Origin: Acaryochloris marina MBIC11017
GTDB taxonomy: Bacteria; Cyanobacteriota; Cyanobacteriia; Thermosynechococcales; Thermosynechococcaceae
Assembly (NCBI RefSeq): GCF_000018105.1
Contig: NC_009933.1
Location: forward strand, 1-32,000
Direction of reading: 5' to 3'
Length of the DNA: 32,000 nt
This document shows positions 1 through 9,575 of this stretch, piece by piece. Numbering within the stretch: position 1 is the first letter of the stretch; each line of letters opens with the position of its first letter. Under the pieces are notes generated by a model. It saw only the letters and a list, made by a program, of their open reading frames with translations. It was not told where the DNA came from and searched no databases. The position numbers were made by a program, and so were the translations under genes.

Positions 1-27
1 ATTGATTCCTATCATACTCGTGTTTAT

Positions 28-1722
28 ATGAACGGAAGAGACCTCGGCTTAAAACAAGCTGATGCAGCTTACATTGCCGAAATATCTACAAGAACCGGAC
101 AACGAATTGAGGCCGGCACCCATCAACCTAATCGCGGCCGCCTTCAGGACCAACGCACCGTTCCCGACCCCTTAGCTGATGTGTGGGAAGACGAGCTAGA
201 ACCAATGCTGCGTCGAGACCCACGCCTCAAACCCATGACCCTGTATGAGTACCTGCAGGATAAGTATCCAGGCCAGTATCCCCAAGTCCTGCGGACCCTA
301 CAACGTCGGGTGAGAACGTGGAAAGCCTTACATGGACCAAGCCCTGAAGTGATGTTTGAATTGCGTCATGAACCAGGGGTACAAGGGTTCTCCGATTTTA
401 CAGAACTCAAAGGCATCACGATTACCATTGCCGGCAAACCCTTTGAGCACCTGATTTACCATTACCGTCTGGGATACAGCGGCTGGCGATATGCCCAGAT
501 CATCGAAGGAGGCGAAAGCTTTGTCGCCCTCTCAGAAGGATTGCAAAATGCCTTTGCAGCCTGTGGAGGTGTTCCTACACAGCATCGTACTGATAGTTTG
601 AGTGCAGCCTATCGCAACATGGGCGGCCGCCGGTCCAAAAACCTCACTCGTCTGTACGACGAACTGTGTGACCACTATCGGCTAGAACCCACTCGTAACA
701 ACAAAGGTGTAGCCCATGAGAATGGCTCCATTGAATCTCCCCATGGTCATCTGAAGAACCGAATTAAGCAGGCGATCTATCTGCGCGGCAGTGCAGATTT
801 TACGAGCGTTGCTGAGTATCAAGCCTTAATTGATGCACAGGTTGCCAAGTTGAATCAGCAGTGCCAAACCAAGTATGAGCAAGAGAAAGACCATCTACAA
901 CCACTGCCCAAATATCGAACCCCTGACTATGAAGTGCTCACGGCTAAAGTCAGCAAACGCAGCACCATCGATGTTCGCTGCATTCTATACACCGTCCCTT
1001 CTCGACTGATTGGTCGTCAATTGGAACTGCATCTATACCATGACCGGATTGTCGGCTATCTGGAGCGACACCCGGTGGTGGAATTGCCGAGGAAGCGCGT
1101 CAGTGGCAAAGGCAAACGTCGCGACCGTTGCATCAACTATCGCCATGTTATTGGTTCAATGCGATTGAAGCCTCGTGCTTTTATCTATTGCACCTGGCAA
1201 TCAGACCTACTTCCCAATCCTGAATACCGCCAAATCTGGGAACAGCTCAAAGCCCAATTTGACCTGGAGCAGGCTGCCAAGATCATCGTGGAAGCCCTGT
1301 ATATTGCTGCGGTTCAAGATAAAGAACAGGCCGTAGCAGTGTACTTACAGCAGCAGCTTCGCTCATCCAGCCTTACCCTCAATCGCCTGAAAAAACAGTT
1401 TGAGCCGCCTCAGATGAAGCAGGTTCCTGAACTCAGCATTGAACAACATTCACTTGAACTTTATGACAAACTCCTCCCCTCCTGCTCAGTCCCCGCTGAG
1501 CCCCTACCAGCACCTGAGCCTCTATTTAAAAAAGCTCAGGCTCTCCCACATGTTGACCCATTGGGAATCTATCGAATCCCAAGCCATGCAGGAAAACTGG
1601 TCTTATGCGGAATTCTTACTAGCCTTGTGCGAAACGGAGGCCCAACGAAGAGAACAAGCTCGTCTAAAACGTGCCCTCACCGAAGCCAGGCTCCCAAACG
1701 CAAAAAGTTTTACCAACTTTGA
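28..1722 (+). CDS. istA: IS21-family transposase IstA (possibly 5'-partial; C-terminal ~90 aa overlap istB out of frame)
   Basis: 564-aa ORF with an HTH-like N-terminus (KQADAAYIAEISTRTGQRI) and an integrase-core pattern (HRTDSLSAAY ... NKGVAHENGSIES). The frame is open back to base 1. Confidence 0.85.
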   Translation: MNGRDLGLKQADAAYIAEISTRTGQRIEAGTHQPNRGRLQDQRTVPDPLADVWEDELEPMLRRDPRLKPMTLYEYLQDKYPGQYPQVLRTLQRRVRTWKALHGPSPEVMFELRHEPGVQGFSDFTELKGITITIAGKPFEHLIYHYRLGYSGWRYAQIIEGGESFVALSEGLQNAFAACGGVPTQHRTDSLSAAYRNMGGRRSKNLTRLYDELCDHYRLEPTRNNKGVAHENGSIESPHGHLKNRIKQAIYLRGSADFTSVAEYQALIDAQVAKLNQQCQTKYEQEKDHLQPLPKYRTPDYEVLTAKVSKRSTIDVRCILYTVPSRLIGRQLELHLYHDRIVGYLERHPVVELPRKRVSGKGKRRDRCINYRHVIGSMRLKPRAFIYCTWQSDLLPNPEYRQIWEQLKAQFDLEQAAKIIVEALYIAAVQDKEQAVAVYLQQQLRSSSLTLNRLKKQFEPPQMKQVPELSIEQHSLELYDKLLPSCSVPAEPLPAPEPLFKKAQALPHVDPLGIYRIPSHAGKLVLCGILTSLVRNGGPTKRTSSSKTCPHRSQAPKRKKFYQL

Positions 1723-2281
1723 CTTTAGCCATTGTCCCCAGCTCAATCCAGCTCCCTTGATGCAATTAGCCGCAGATCCGGGTTGGTTGGAGCGCGCCGA
1801 GAATTGCCTTATTCTGGGGCCCTCGGGTGTTGGAAAAACACATCTGGCCACTGGGGTGTCCAAAAAGATGCTGGAATTCGGTAAGCGGGTGAAGTTCTTT
1901 GCAGCCAACGCATTGGTCCAGCAACTGCAACAGGCGAAGCTCCAACTGCAGCTGCATCCAATGCTCAAAAAACTGGACCGCTATGATCTGTTGATCTTGG
2001 ATGACTTGGGCTATTGCAAAAAGTCGGAAGCGGAAACGTCCGTTCTGTTTGAATTAATTGCGCATCGCTATGAACGAAAAAGTTTGTTGATTACAGCGAA
2101 TCAACCCTTCAGCCAATGGGATGACATTTTCACTGATTCGATGATGGCGGTGGCTGCCATTGATCGCTTAATTCATCATGGCTTGATTATCGAAATTCAA
2201 GCCGATAGTTATCGGCGCAAATCAGCGACTCAGAGAACGGCTCAAACTCAGTCTCAACCTCAAAAATCCCAGTCCAAATAA
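1463..2281 (+). CDS. istB: IS21-family helper ATPase IstB
   Basis: Walker A GPSGVGKTHLA, Walker B LLILDDLG, and an IstB-type N-terminus (SYAEFLLALCETEAQRRE...FDF). ATG at 1463 lies within the ORF that opens at TTG 1439. Confidence 0.9.
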   Translation: MTNSSPPAQSPLSPYQHLSLYLKKLRLSHMLTHWESIESQAMQENWSYAEFLLALCETEAQRREQARLKRALTEARLPNAKSFTNFDFSHCPQLNPAPLMQLAADPGWLERAENCLILGPSGVGKTHLATGVSKKMLEFGKRVKFFAANALVQQLQQAKLQLQLHPMLKKLDRYDLLILDDLGYCKKSEAETSVLFELIAHRYERKSLLITANQPFSQWDDIFTDSMMAVAAIDRLIHHGLIIEIQADSYRRKSATQRTAQTQSQPQKSQSK

Positions 2282-2294
2282 TCGAGCGATCACT

Positions 2295-2451
2295 GGTTGT
2301 CATTTCGATCACGGGTTGTCGTTTTGTTCTGAAGGTATCGTATGAGGTCTGAAAAAGAGCTAACGCAAAGGGAGTGTACGCCAAATAATACGGTTCAAAT
2401 TTGGGGGTTGATCCGCCTTGTGGTTGTCGCGACATCGCCTATGGGGTTGAC
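2295..2451 (+). repeat. Subterminal direct repeats of the IS21 right end
   Basis: GGTTGTC at 2295, 2314 and 2422; GGTTGAT at 2406; GGTTGAC at 2445. Confidence 0.55.
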
Positions 2452-3584
2452 ATCCAATATTCCACAAAACCACTGGTCCACCCCTCCAGGAAATAGTTGG
2501 TCATCTCGTCCATCCAATTATTGATAGTGGTCAGAAAACAATCGAATTCCTTGATGTCACTCTTGAGTACTTGTTTACACCAAGCACGGATGGCACATTT
2601 AGCTCCGTGCTTGGTGTACCTGCCCTCAAATATCTGCGTGAGTTTCTCTCGGAGGTTGTACGCCTGTTTCAGTTGTGGAGAATAAGCAAACAATCGCTCA
2701 AGGAGTTGTTGCTCTGACTCTTTCAGATTCTCTGGTCGTTTTCTAAAAGGCCACATCGCGCCTTTGATGCTGTCATACTCTTGCTTAGAGAGCTCTCGTC
2801 GTAGACGTTTGACCTCACGTTTACGAACCGTATCAGCACAATTACGATAGGCTTTGGTCACATGAAAGCGGTCAATGACAATTTTGGCTTGCGGCAATTG
2901 TTCTCGGACTGCACTGACAAATCCTTGGTACATGTCCGTACAGACGCGCTCAATGGTTTGGCGTAAATCAATGGGAATCGATTGAAGGAAATTTGCCACT
3001 GTCTGCTGTTTACGGTCGGCTAGAACTGCCAATATATCCACCCCATCCGTCGTAGGAATCGTGATCAAAACCACAAAATCACGATGGCCTCGTTTGAGAG
3101 AAATCTCATCCATCCCCATAACTTTGAGGTCTGCATATTCGCTCCAGTCAACTTGAGCGGCAATCCAACGATCAATGATTCCACTGACGATATCCTCACT
3201 AACGCCTAGTTTTCTGGCAACATCTGAGACCGTTGAATTGATCAAGATTCGCAGAAGCCAACGCTCATATGCTTTTGTATTGGGACTGCGAGGTTCGTGC
3301 CATTCTAAATGTTGAGTTGTTGTGGGATGGTCATCGCAATACTTGCATCGATAACGCTTGGGCCGAATTTCTAAGTAAACGGGGACTTCAAATAATGGCA
3401 GGTGACGAATCCGAAAAGGCTGATCATGACAATGGAGGTCAGTAATCTCACGTCCGCATTGATGACAGGTTGTTCCTTGAAGCGTACTCTCAATCTTGAT
3501 GAGCCAATCCCCTCTCTCAGTCTTCGATAGCTCTAGAACTCGAATATCAGGAAGGTTGAGCGGGATGCGAATTGAGTTATCCAT
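2439..3584 (-). pseudogene. ISL3-family transposase, 3' end truncated
   Basis: Zinc-finger CHQCG...CKYC N-terminus and a DDE_Tnp_ISL3-like body. Family consensus (..SGFVEG.NNK..) is lost after GFVE at ~2461, leaving the tail YWMSTP*. Confidence 0.8.
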
Positions 3585-3683
3585 TACGCCATTGCTCTGA
3601 AGTACTACCTCAGATCATTCCATAGGGATGAAAAAGGAAACACACTAAATGTAGGACTGCTACACGCTAATTCCCAGAGAGCC
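2461..3683 (-). mobile_element. ISL3-family IS fragment interrupted by the IS21 element
   Basis: The minus-strand terminus GGCTCTCTGGGAATT ends at 3683 and resembles GGCTCTT-type ISL3 inverted repeats. The transposase gene lies inside. Confidence 0.65.
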
Positions 3684-4246
3684 AAAAATGTTGGCAGTTG
3701 TTGCTATTCTTCAACAGAGAAAACTTGCATAAATATTCCATGCAAAAAACGGCCAACTCTCTAACAGAAGTTGATCGACTCCCTGCACTTTACAAGTGTT
3801 GACACAGAGTATTTATATGGGGAAGCTGGAATTAATTTAATTATTATAAAAAGAAAATAAATGAAATACAAGTAAATTTTCTTAAAAAAGAATTTTAATA
3901 AATCACAGCCTAACTGGGTGGAATCTATCAGAGATACTGATCAATCGGTAGTGGGTCAAACAATGTGGGTTTGCTCAACCGATAGGGAGTTGAGTTGTTT
4001 TATTTCTCCCTGCAATGTCCTTTATGTAGTCATCCAAAGATCTAAAAACATGACAAGATCAGCTAAGGTATTCACCGCTAACGCAGCTTGCACTGTCAAC
4101 AAATCTTCAAGTTAGTGGAGCTATACTCCCCGCTGTTTGCGGCGAAGAAATGTGATTGCTATCCAAATCTACGGTTTGGGAGCAAATCGTATTCCATACT
4201 TCGACTGCTTGCAGCAGGGTAGATGATTAAGGATTGCACTTGTTCA

Positions 4247-7200
4247 CTAATACGACTGTCCGATATCAAAATTGATTTGCTCACTCTGTAATGGCGTGGG
4301 CTTTTCTTTGACAATCTGCAACTTGATCCGATTCTGCACCATTTCAGGCATCCGCTGATTGAAGTTAATCGGCTTATCCGAGTTCATCAGCTCTTCATAG
4401 ATAGGTGAGACTTTGTGAATCGCCAGCAGATACAGCCGTTTCTGTTCTGGGGTGGCCGCCCGCATATGATCTGACTCTGAGATGAACCGATAGGCATCAT
4501 TGAGTTCTGCATGTTCCTTGCAGTAGGCGTAAATCTCCAGGTCAACCCGCTCCTTGGGCATCTCACCTAGGCGTTTTTGGACCCGCTTGGCAATGGAATT
4601 ATATTGACCTTTGTAATGGCGTTTGACTTCAGCATCCGGGGAAATTGCATTAGCAATGGCGGCATTGTAATAGCGTGGTCCCACCTTCGCGATCACATCA
4701 TCCAACCCCTTGCCTAACTTCGGATTCCACGGTGCCAATTTGCAGACGACCCCCTCAGCTTGAAGCAGTTCAATGGTGCGGACCAAATCACGACGCACAT
4801 TGAAGATGGCCGATAGCTTGGTATCTTGGTCAAACGCAAAGGTGATTTTCCGTCCTGGTTTGGCTAAGGCTTTGCCATACTCCGTTAGCTCTCTTTGGGG
4901 AAGTCGATTATCGAATTCATCCTTGGCTCGATATAGGGCAGTCACCCCTGGTAATCCTACCGTTAGATGACCCTGACTGAGGGAAGCCCAAGTTTTCTTG
5001 AGTCCTTCCGTCAACACAATCGGTAGGTTGTACTGATCGGCCACATACCAAACCCCCTTGGCCCGCTCCTCTGGGGTCGGACTGATGGCATTACGCTGAT
5101 AAATCAGCTCTGTAATTTCATCCGGGATATGGGGCAAGAATACCTGCTGGTCAACGCCTTTGGGTGTCTCATATTTCACTTCTTCACCATCAAAGATTCG
5201 AGGCGTCTTCGGCTTTACTTGGCAATAGGAAGACGGCTGTGGGTTCCCCTCGATAACAGAGAGTAAATCAGTCCCCCCATAGCCAATCCATCCCCCACCC
5301 TCAGCAATGCGGGTATAGGCTCGTTCAGGATCATCGACCCACTTGCCATTCACTTTGTGGGTTCCATTGAGCTTTCGCTTCATCTCGTTGGTGACTTCTT
5401 GGCCTGCTCCATATTTAGGTTTGGTAAACTCAGCTCCGAGTAACGCCTCTAGCAAAACGTTGTCTCGTATTGACGGTTCAGAACTCCCTGCCTCACTTCT
5501 CAAATGCTCTGGGGTTAACAAGCTGGGATGAATGCCACTGCCCTTCATCTCCGTCCAAGTGTCCGTGTCAAGCTGCCAGGGTTTCTCCACTCCCATATAG
5601 TCTGGTGTCCAGCCTTCGTGGGGGTCGAATAGGGTCTCAATCGCATTCTCTTGGGCGTTGGAGGTGGCGACCCACTCTTTCAAGTCTTCTAGAGATTCTG
5701 TAAACACAGATATATGCTTGGTCCGATGGCGCGAAATACCGACATAGAAAGATTCTCTAGCAGAAGAGGGATTGAGACTGGCAATGTAGATCGTCTCTGA
5801 ATTGGTCCCGCCTTGCGCCCGGTAAGTCGTTGTCGCCCAATCATGGTCAATTTGCTGGGGCTTACTCAAATCAAGCTGATGCAGTTGGCCTTTGTTGCCT
5901 TGAACTGTGGCGATTCCCTCTTGAATATTGATGCACTCTAAATAGGCATGGGTATAGATCCCTTCTTTCTTATTGGTTGAAGTGAATCTGAGCTGATCTC
6001 CTACGGCAATATGATTCTTCTTTGCCGTGTAGACTTCAGTTCTTTCATGTTGAGCGGGGTTAATTTTGAACTGTCTGCCCCCTGGTGACACCACTCGTAG
6101 ATGCTGGCCTTCAACCGCCAAGACTTTATAAGGGACATGGGTTTGCAGTTGGGTATAGGTGCGGTGCTTACGATGGAGGATGAGTAAATCGCCTTTGCGG
6201 TAGTTCTCTGCTCGTTTCTTCTGAACTTTCGTGAGATTGCGATTCTTGAGCTGTGTGAATTCTGTGTTCTGGGTCAGCTTCCCTTCTTCGATCAGTCGAA
6301 CTCTGAGTTGATCCGTGAAGGCTTCTCTCTCGGCATTGGTCCCGATTACCACTAAGGTTTTGTCTCGTCGGCTTTGGGGTAATGAGATGTACTGCTTGAC
6401 TGCCGCTGAGATTTTAGTGTCAGCATCTACGACTTCATGGATGTGACCATGCTTTTCTAGGACAGAGAGCGCTTCAATGCCATGTCCTTCAGCGATGAGT
6501 TTGACTGCCGTTTTCTGCTCTTTATTCTGCTGTCTGATGATCTCACTGAGCTTATGGACAGTGGCCCCACTATGCATGAGCATTCGCACGGGTGCCCCTG
6601 CGGCGATGGCTCCGTTCTGCCCAGTGTCTCCCACGGCCCAGACCCGAGCGCCCACTTTGGCTGCTTTATTCATAACCATCTCAAAGTCTTCAGATCCCAC
6701 CATGCCTGATTCATCGAGAATCCAGAGCTGGTTCGGTTCAGGGGTGGGTTCACTGACGGCAAGTTGAGCGATGGTTGCTCCCTCTAGATCAAAGGATTCA
6801 GCAATGGCATTCTTGGCATTGTGGGTGGCTGCAAAGACTTTGATGACGGTTTCAGGGGGTAGCTGCTCTCTAGCGATACCCATGGCAGTAGTCTTGCCCG
6901 TGCCTGCGAGTCCTTTGAGGATTTGGTACTGATCCGGTGAGCTGAGCAATCGCTTCATGGCTTCCGACTGACCGCTATTGAGCTGGGTATGGCTAAAGTC
7001 AGCGTTAGGGTTGAGGGGGGTAACGCTGTCATTACCTTTGAGCCAGTTATCAATGATGCGAATATCCCGATCCACTGCGGTTTGAGTGGTGTATCGTCCA
7101 TCCCAGGCATCTAATAGATCGGGGTGAGTATCAATCTCTTGGTTCAGGGGCTTTTCATCAAAGCTGCGGAGGTGGGAGAAGACGAACCGCTGAATGTCTT

Positions 7201-8176
7201 CACGGCTGAAAGAGGATTGGCGTTCGGAGAGATGGCCGATGGCAGCATCTAGAAGTTCTCTAGGGGTTTCCTGGTTCTGGGGGGTGATCGGGTGACTGGC
7301 AGGGGTGATGCCATGGAAGCCGACTACTTGCATTTCAGTTCCCCATCGGTCCTGCTTGTCTTCAAGGCTTTCCGTGATATCTTTAGCGATCCGAGTTTCA
7401 AAGACGGCTTTCTGTCTATTCGCTGGGGTATTGCTCCAGCCTTTTACTTTGAGGTAGTCTTCGATCTCCGTGGAGCGCTTACTAAACGCTTCGATTTGCT
7501 CATCCGTTACCCCCGCTAGCTCGAATCCTGTATCTGTTTCACGGATTTCATAGCCCATCTCTTGAATTTTCAGGGCTAGCTTCTGGTGGTAGATATCACC
7601 CAGGACACCGCTTCTCGTCAACAGCTCTTTATAGAGCGCTCGAAATTCACCATCGGGACAAAGGGTGCCGTTGAATAAAACGACATGGGTATGGACATGG
7701 GGGTCACCTGCCCTGGACTCATGATGATGAACGAGGGTGGCAGCAAGACTGCCCGTTTTAATGATTTGCCGATCTCCGCTTTCCATCTTCCTGGCAGCGG
7801 CATATTGGTCTTCGATGATAGTGAGAACTTCCTTGATGGATTCCACATGGGCTTTCCAGAGTCGTTTATCTCCGTTAGGTCCGTGGATTGCCATACTCAA
7901 GGATTTGCCTGGAACCTTAAAAGTGAGGTCATAGGCTAAGCGCTCTTTGCCTTTACCTAGAACCATACCCCTCATGCGTTGACCATTAGGGAGGTCACCG
8001 TAGAACATCTTTGTGAATAGCTCAGGGGAATAGGGTTCATGGGGTGCCATGCTGCCAAACCATTCTGATTCAGTCATTTCTTGGACTTCTTCATTCTGGC
8101 TGTAGTAGCTCTCTTCTTTGGTGTAGTAGCGGGCACCGTCCTTGATGTTGGAGCTGATGGTGGTGATGTCTAGCAT
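4247..8176 (-). CDS. MOBF (TrwC/TraI-type) relaxase fused to a RecD-like helicase and a C-terminal TOPRIM-like (DUF3854-like) domain
   Basis: Start MLDITTIS (ATG 8176). Tyr pairs ARYYTKEESYY, His triad HHHESRAGDPHVHTHVVLFN (~7685-7703), Walker A GLAGTGKTT (~6886-6912), TTYRAQGGT. TOPRIM-like VLTEGLKK (~4994-5014) and FAFDQD (~4823-4840). Confidence 0.85.
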   Translation of the reverse strand: MLDITTISSNIKDGARYYTKEESYYSQNEEVQEMTESEWFGSMAPHEPYSPELFTKMFYGDLPNGQRMRGMVLGKGKERLAYDLTFKVPGKSLSMAIHGPNGDKRLWKAHVESIKEVLTIIEDQYAAARKMESGDRQIIKTGSLAATLVHHHESRAGDPHVHTHVVLFNGTLCPDGEFRALYKELLTRSGVLGDIYHQKLALKIQEMGYEIRETDTGFELAGVTDEQIEAFSKRSTEIEDYLKVKGWSNTPANRQKAVFETRIAKDITESLEDKQDRWGTEMQVVGFHGITPASHPITPQNQETPRELLDAAIGHLSERQSSFSREDIQRFVFSHLRSFDEKPLNQEIDTHPDLLDAWDGRYTTQTAVDRDIRIIDNWLKGNDSVTPLNPNADFSHTQLNSGQSEAMKRLLSSPDQYQILKGLAGTGKTTAMGIAREQLPPETVIKVFAATHNAKNAIAESFDLEGATIAQLAVSEPTPEPNQLWILDESGMVGSEDFEMVMNKAAKVGARVWAVGDTGQNGAIAAGAPVRMLMHSGATVHKLSEIIRQQNKEQKTAVKLIAEGHGIEALSVLEKHGHIHEVVDADTKISAAVKQYISLPQSRRDKTLVVIGTNAEREAFTDQLRVRLIEEGKLTQNTEFTQLKNRNLTKVQKKRAENYRKGDLLILHRKHRTYTQLQTHVPYKVLAVEGQHLRVVSPGGRQFKINPAQHERTEVYTAKKNHIAVGDQLRFTSTNKKEGIYTHAYLECINIQEGIATVQGNKGQLHQLDLSKPQQIDHDWATTTYRAQGGTNSETIYIASLNPSSARESFYVGISRHRTKHISVFTESLEDLKEWVATSNAQENAIETLFDPHEGWTPDYMGVEKPWQLDTDTWTEMKGSGIHPSLLTPEHLRSEAGSSEPSIRDNVLLEALLGAEFTKPKYGAGQEVTNEMKRKLNGTHKVNGKWVDDPERAYTRIAEGGGWIGYGGTDLLSVIEGNPQPSSYCQVKPKTPRIFDGEEVKYETPKGVDQQVFLPHIPDEITELIYQRNAISPTPEERAKGVWYVADQYNLPIVLTEGLKKTWASLSQGHLTVGLPGVTALYRAKDEFDNRLPQRELTEYGKALAKPGRKITFAFDQDTKLSAIFNVRRDLVRTIELLQAEGVVCKLAPWNPKLGKGLDDVIAKVGPRYYNAAIANAISPDAEVKRHYKGQYNSIAKRVQKRLGEMPKERVDLEIYAYCKEHAELNDAYRFISESDHMRAATPEQKRLYLLAIHKVSPIYEELMNSDKPINFNQRMPEMVQNRIKLQIVKEKPTPLQSEQINFDIGQSY

Positions 8177-8321
8177 TTCCCTAGTCCCAAGAAATGGAGG
8201 TTCCAAGTAGAGGATAGGCAGAATGCTATGTGAAGCCCAAATGGAGAAGAGCTAGTAATTGGCAATATGGTTAACGCGCAGAACTACACTGCTAGTATTT
8301 TGTTGTTAACGACTGGCTTTT

Positions 8322-9566
8322 GTGATGGCGAATGAGGAACAGCTTTCTTTGCTCAAGCAGGGGGTTGAAGCGTGGAATAGTTGGCGAGAGGAGAATCTTG
8401 ATGTTGAGATAGACCTCAGCAGTGCCGACCTCCGCAATGCCGACCTCCGCGATGCCGACCTCCGCGATGCCGACCTCTTCAATGCCGACCTCTTCAATGC
8501 CAGCCTCAGCAATGCCAGCCTCAGCGGTGCCGACCTCACCAATGCCAACCTCCGCGATGCCAGCCTCAGTAATGCCGACCTCAGCAAGGCCAACCTCAGA
8601 TTTGCCAGCCTCAGATATGCCGACCTCAGCAAGGCCAACCTCAGCAATGCCAGCCTCTATGAAGCCAAACTCTTTGGAGCCAACCTCAGCAATGCCGACC
8701 TCAGACTTAGCAAAGCAATAAGAACCAACTTCATGGACGCTGACTTATCAGGAACTTGCATTACAGACTGGCATATTATCCGTGGAACTAACTTTGAATG
8801 TGTTAAATGTAGCTACATTTACCTTGGTTATAATTTAGAACAAGAGAAATTCACTGATCGGCTACCAGTAAACCCTGATCAAGAATTCAAGCCAGGGGAA
8901 TTTGAAGAGTGGATCAAAGACAGTGCTGAAGCCCAACAAACTATTGATCTAACCTTTACTGAGGGTATTGACTGGCAAGCTTTCTCTCAATCCTTGCAAG
9001 GAGTTCGTCAGAAATATCCTGACAGTGGAGTTGGCCTACAAGCAATAGAAGAGAAGGGTACAGCATTTGTAATTCGGCTGAAGACATCACTAGATGCAGA
9101 CCAAGGTGTAATTAAATCATCGCAGAAAGAACTGTATGAGACACAGCTACAGCTCCGTGAAGCCCAAGGAGAAAATAGAGTTTTACGAGAAATGTCAGAA
9201 GTCCTCGAAAAACTGGCAAGTCGGCCAACAACAAATGTTGACTTCAATAGAGAAACACAAGGTTCTGATAAGTCAAATCTCCTCATGACTTTCTTGTCAT
9301 GGTTTCAGAATGGTCAAGCGATCATTGCGATCATTGCTTTGGTACTTGGAGTAGCATCAACCTATTTCATCCCCAAAATGTTTCCCAATGGTTTCCCACC
9401 TGTTAATTCTGATCCTCAACCGGAAGTGATCCAAAGCGCACCAAGTTCACCAAGAACTGAAATTGGGATTGGAAAGAGGATGGCTCAGCAGGTGCATCAA
9501 TTTCTACTAACTAGTGAACAGGCAGATCGTCACGTAAATGCTGAGTCCTTGAAGCTAAATCAGTAA
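8322..9566 (+). CDS. Pentapeptide-repeat protein with coiled-coil region and C-terminal transmembrane helix
   Basis: ~25 A(D/N)LxX pentapeptides (SADLRNADLRDADLRDADL...). TM segment AIIAIIALVLGVASTYFIP. ATG at 8325. Confidence 0.85.
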   Translation: MMANEEQLSLLKQGVEAWNSWREENLDVEIDLSSADLRNADLRDADLRDADLFNADLFNASLSNASLSGADLTNANLRDASLSNADLSKANLRFASLRYADLSKANLSNASLYEAKLFGANLSNADLRLSKAIRTNFMDADLSGTCITDWHIIRGTNFECVKCSYIYLGYNLEQEKFTDRLPVNPDQEFKPGEFEEWIKDSAEAQQTIDLTFTEGIDWQAFSQSLQGVRQKYPDSGVGLQAIEEKGTAFVIRLKTSLDADQGVIKSSQKELYETQLQLREAQGENRVLREMSEVLEKLASRPTTNVDFNRETQGSDKSNLLMTFLSWFQNGQAIIAIIALVLGVASTYFIPKMFPNGFPPVNSDPQPEVIQSAPSSPRTEIGIGKRMAQQVHQFLLTSEQADRHVNAESLKLNQ

Positions 9567-9575
9567 AATAATTCT

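Larger units (their letters stand above)
1..2460 (+). mobile_element. IS21-family insertion sequence (istA-istB); left end outside window, right end approx 2460
   Basis: istA/istB gene pair. Five GGTTGTC/GGTTGAC/GGTTGAT direct repeats lie at the 3' end. Homology of the flanking ISL3 transposase gene breaks at ~2460. Confidence 0.7.

Noticed and set aside
1603-1968. Antisense ORFs within istB, and the many 60-100-aa ORFs antisense to or out of frame with the relaxase (4773-7939), the NLR gene, the recombinase and the PAPS-reductase gene
   Set aside because: They are fully embedded in longer ORFs that carry clear family motifs.
2187-2524. ORFs 2187..2435 (-) and 2342..2524 (+)
   Set aside because: They lie in the IS21 right-end repeat region and across the IS21/ISL3 junction. 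No coding features.
3918-4115. 65-aa ORF in the ISL3-relaxase spacer
   Set aside because: It has a GTG start, no RBS-like sequence and no motif. It may be non-coding.
8177-8321. Relaxase-proximal intergenic region as oriT
   Set aside because: No convincing inverted repeat or nic-like sequence is recognisable by eye. The dyad at 9576-9637 is a better, still unproven, candidate.
8306-8721. ORFs 8306..8647 (-) and 8422..8721 (+), low-complexity L/R/A or P/T/S/A-rich proteins
   Set aside because: They are alternative-frame and antisense readings of the 15-bp periodic pentapeptide-repeat DNA. The + frame starting at 8322 gives the canonical A(D/N)LxX protein.
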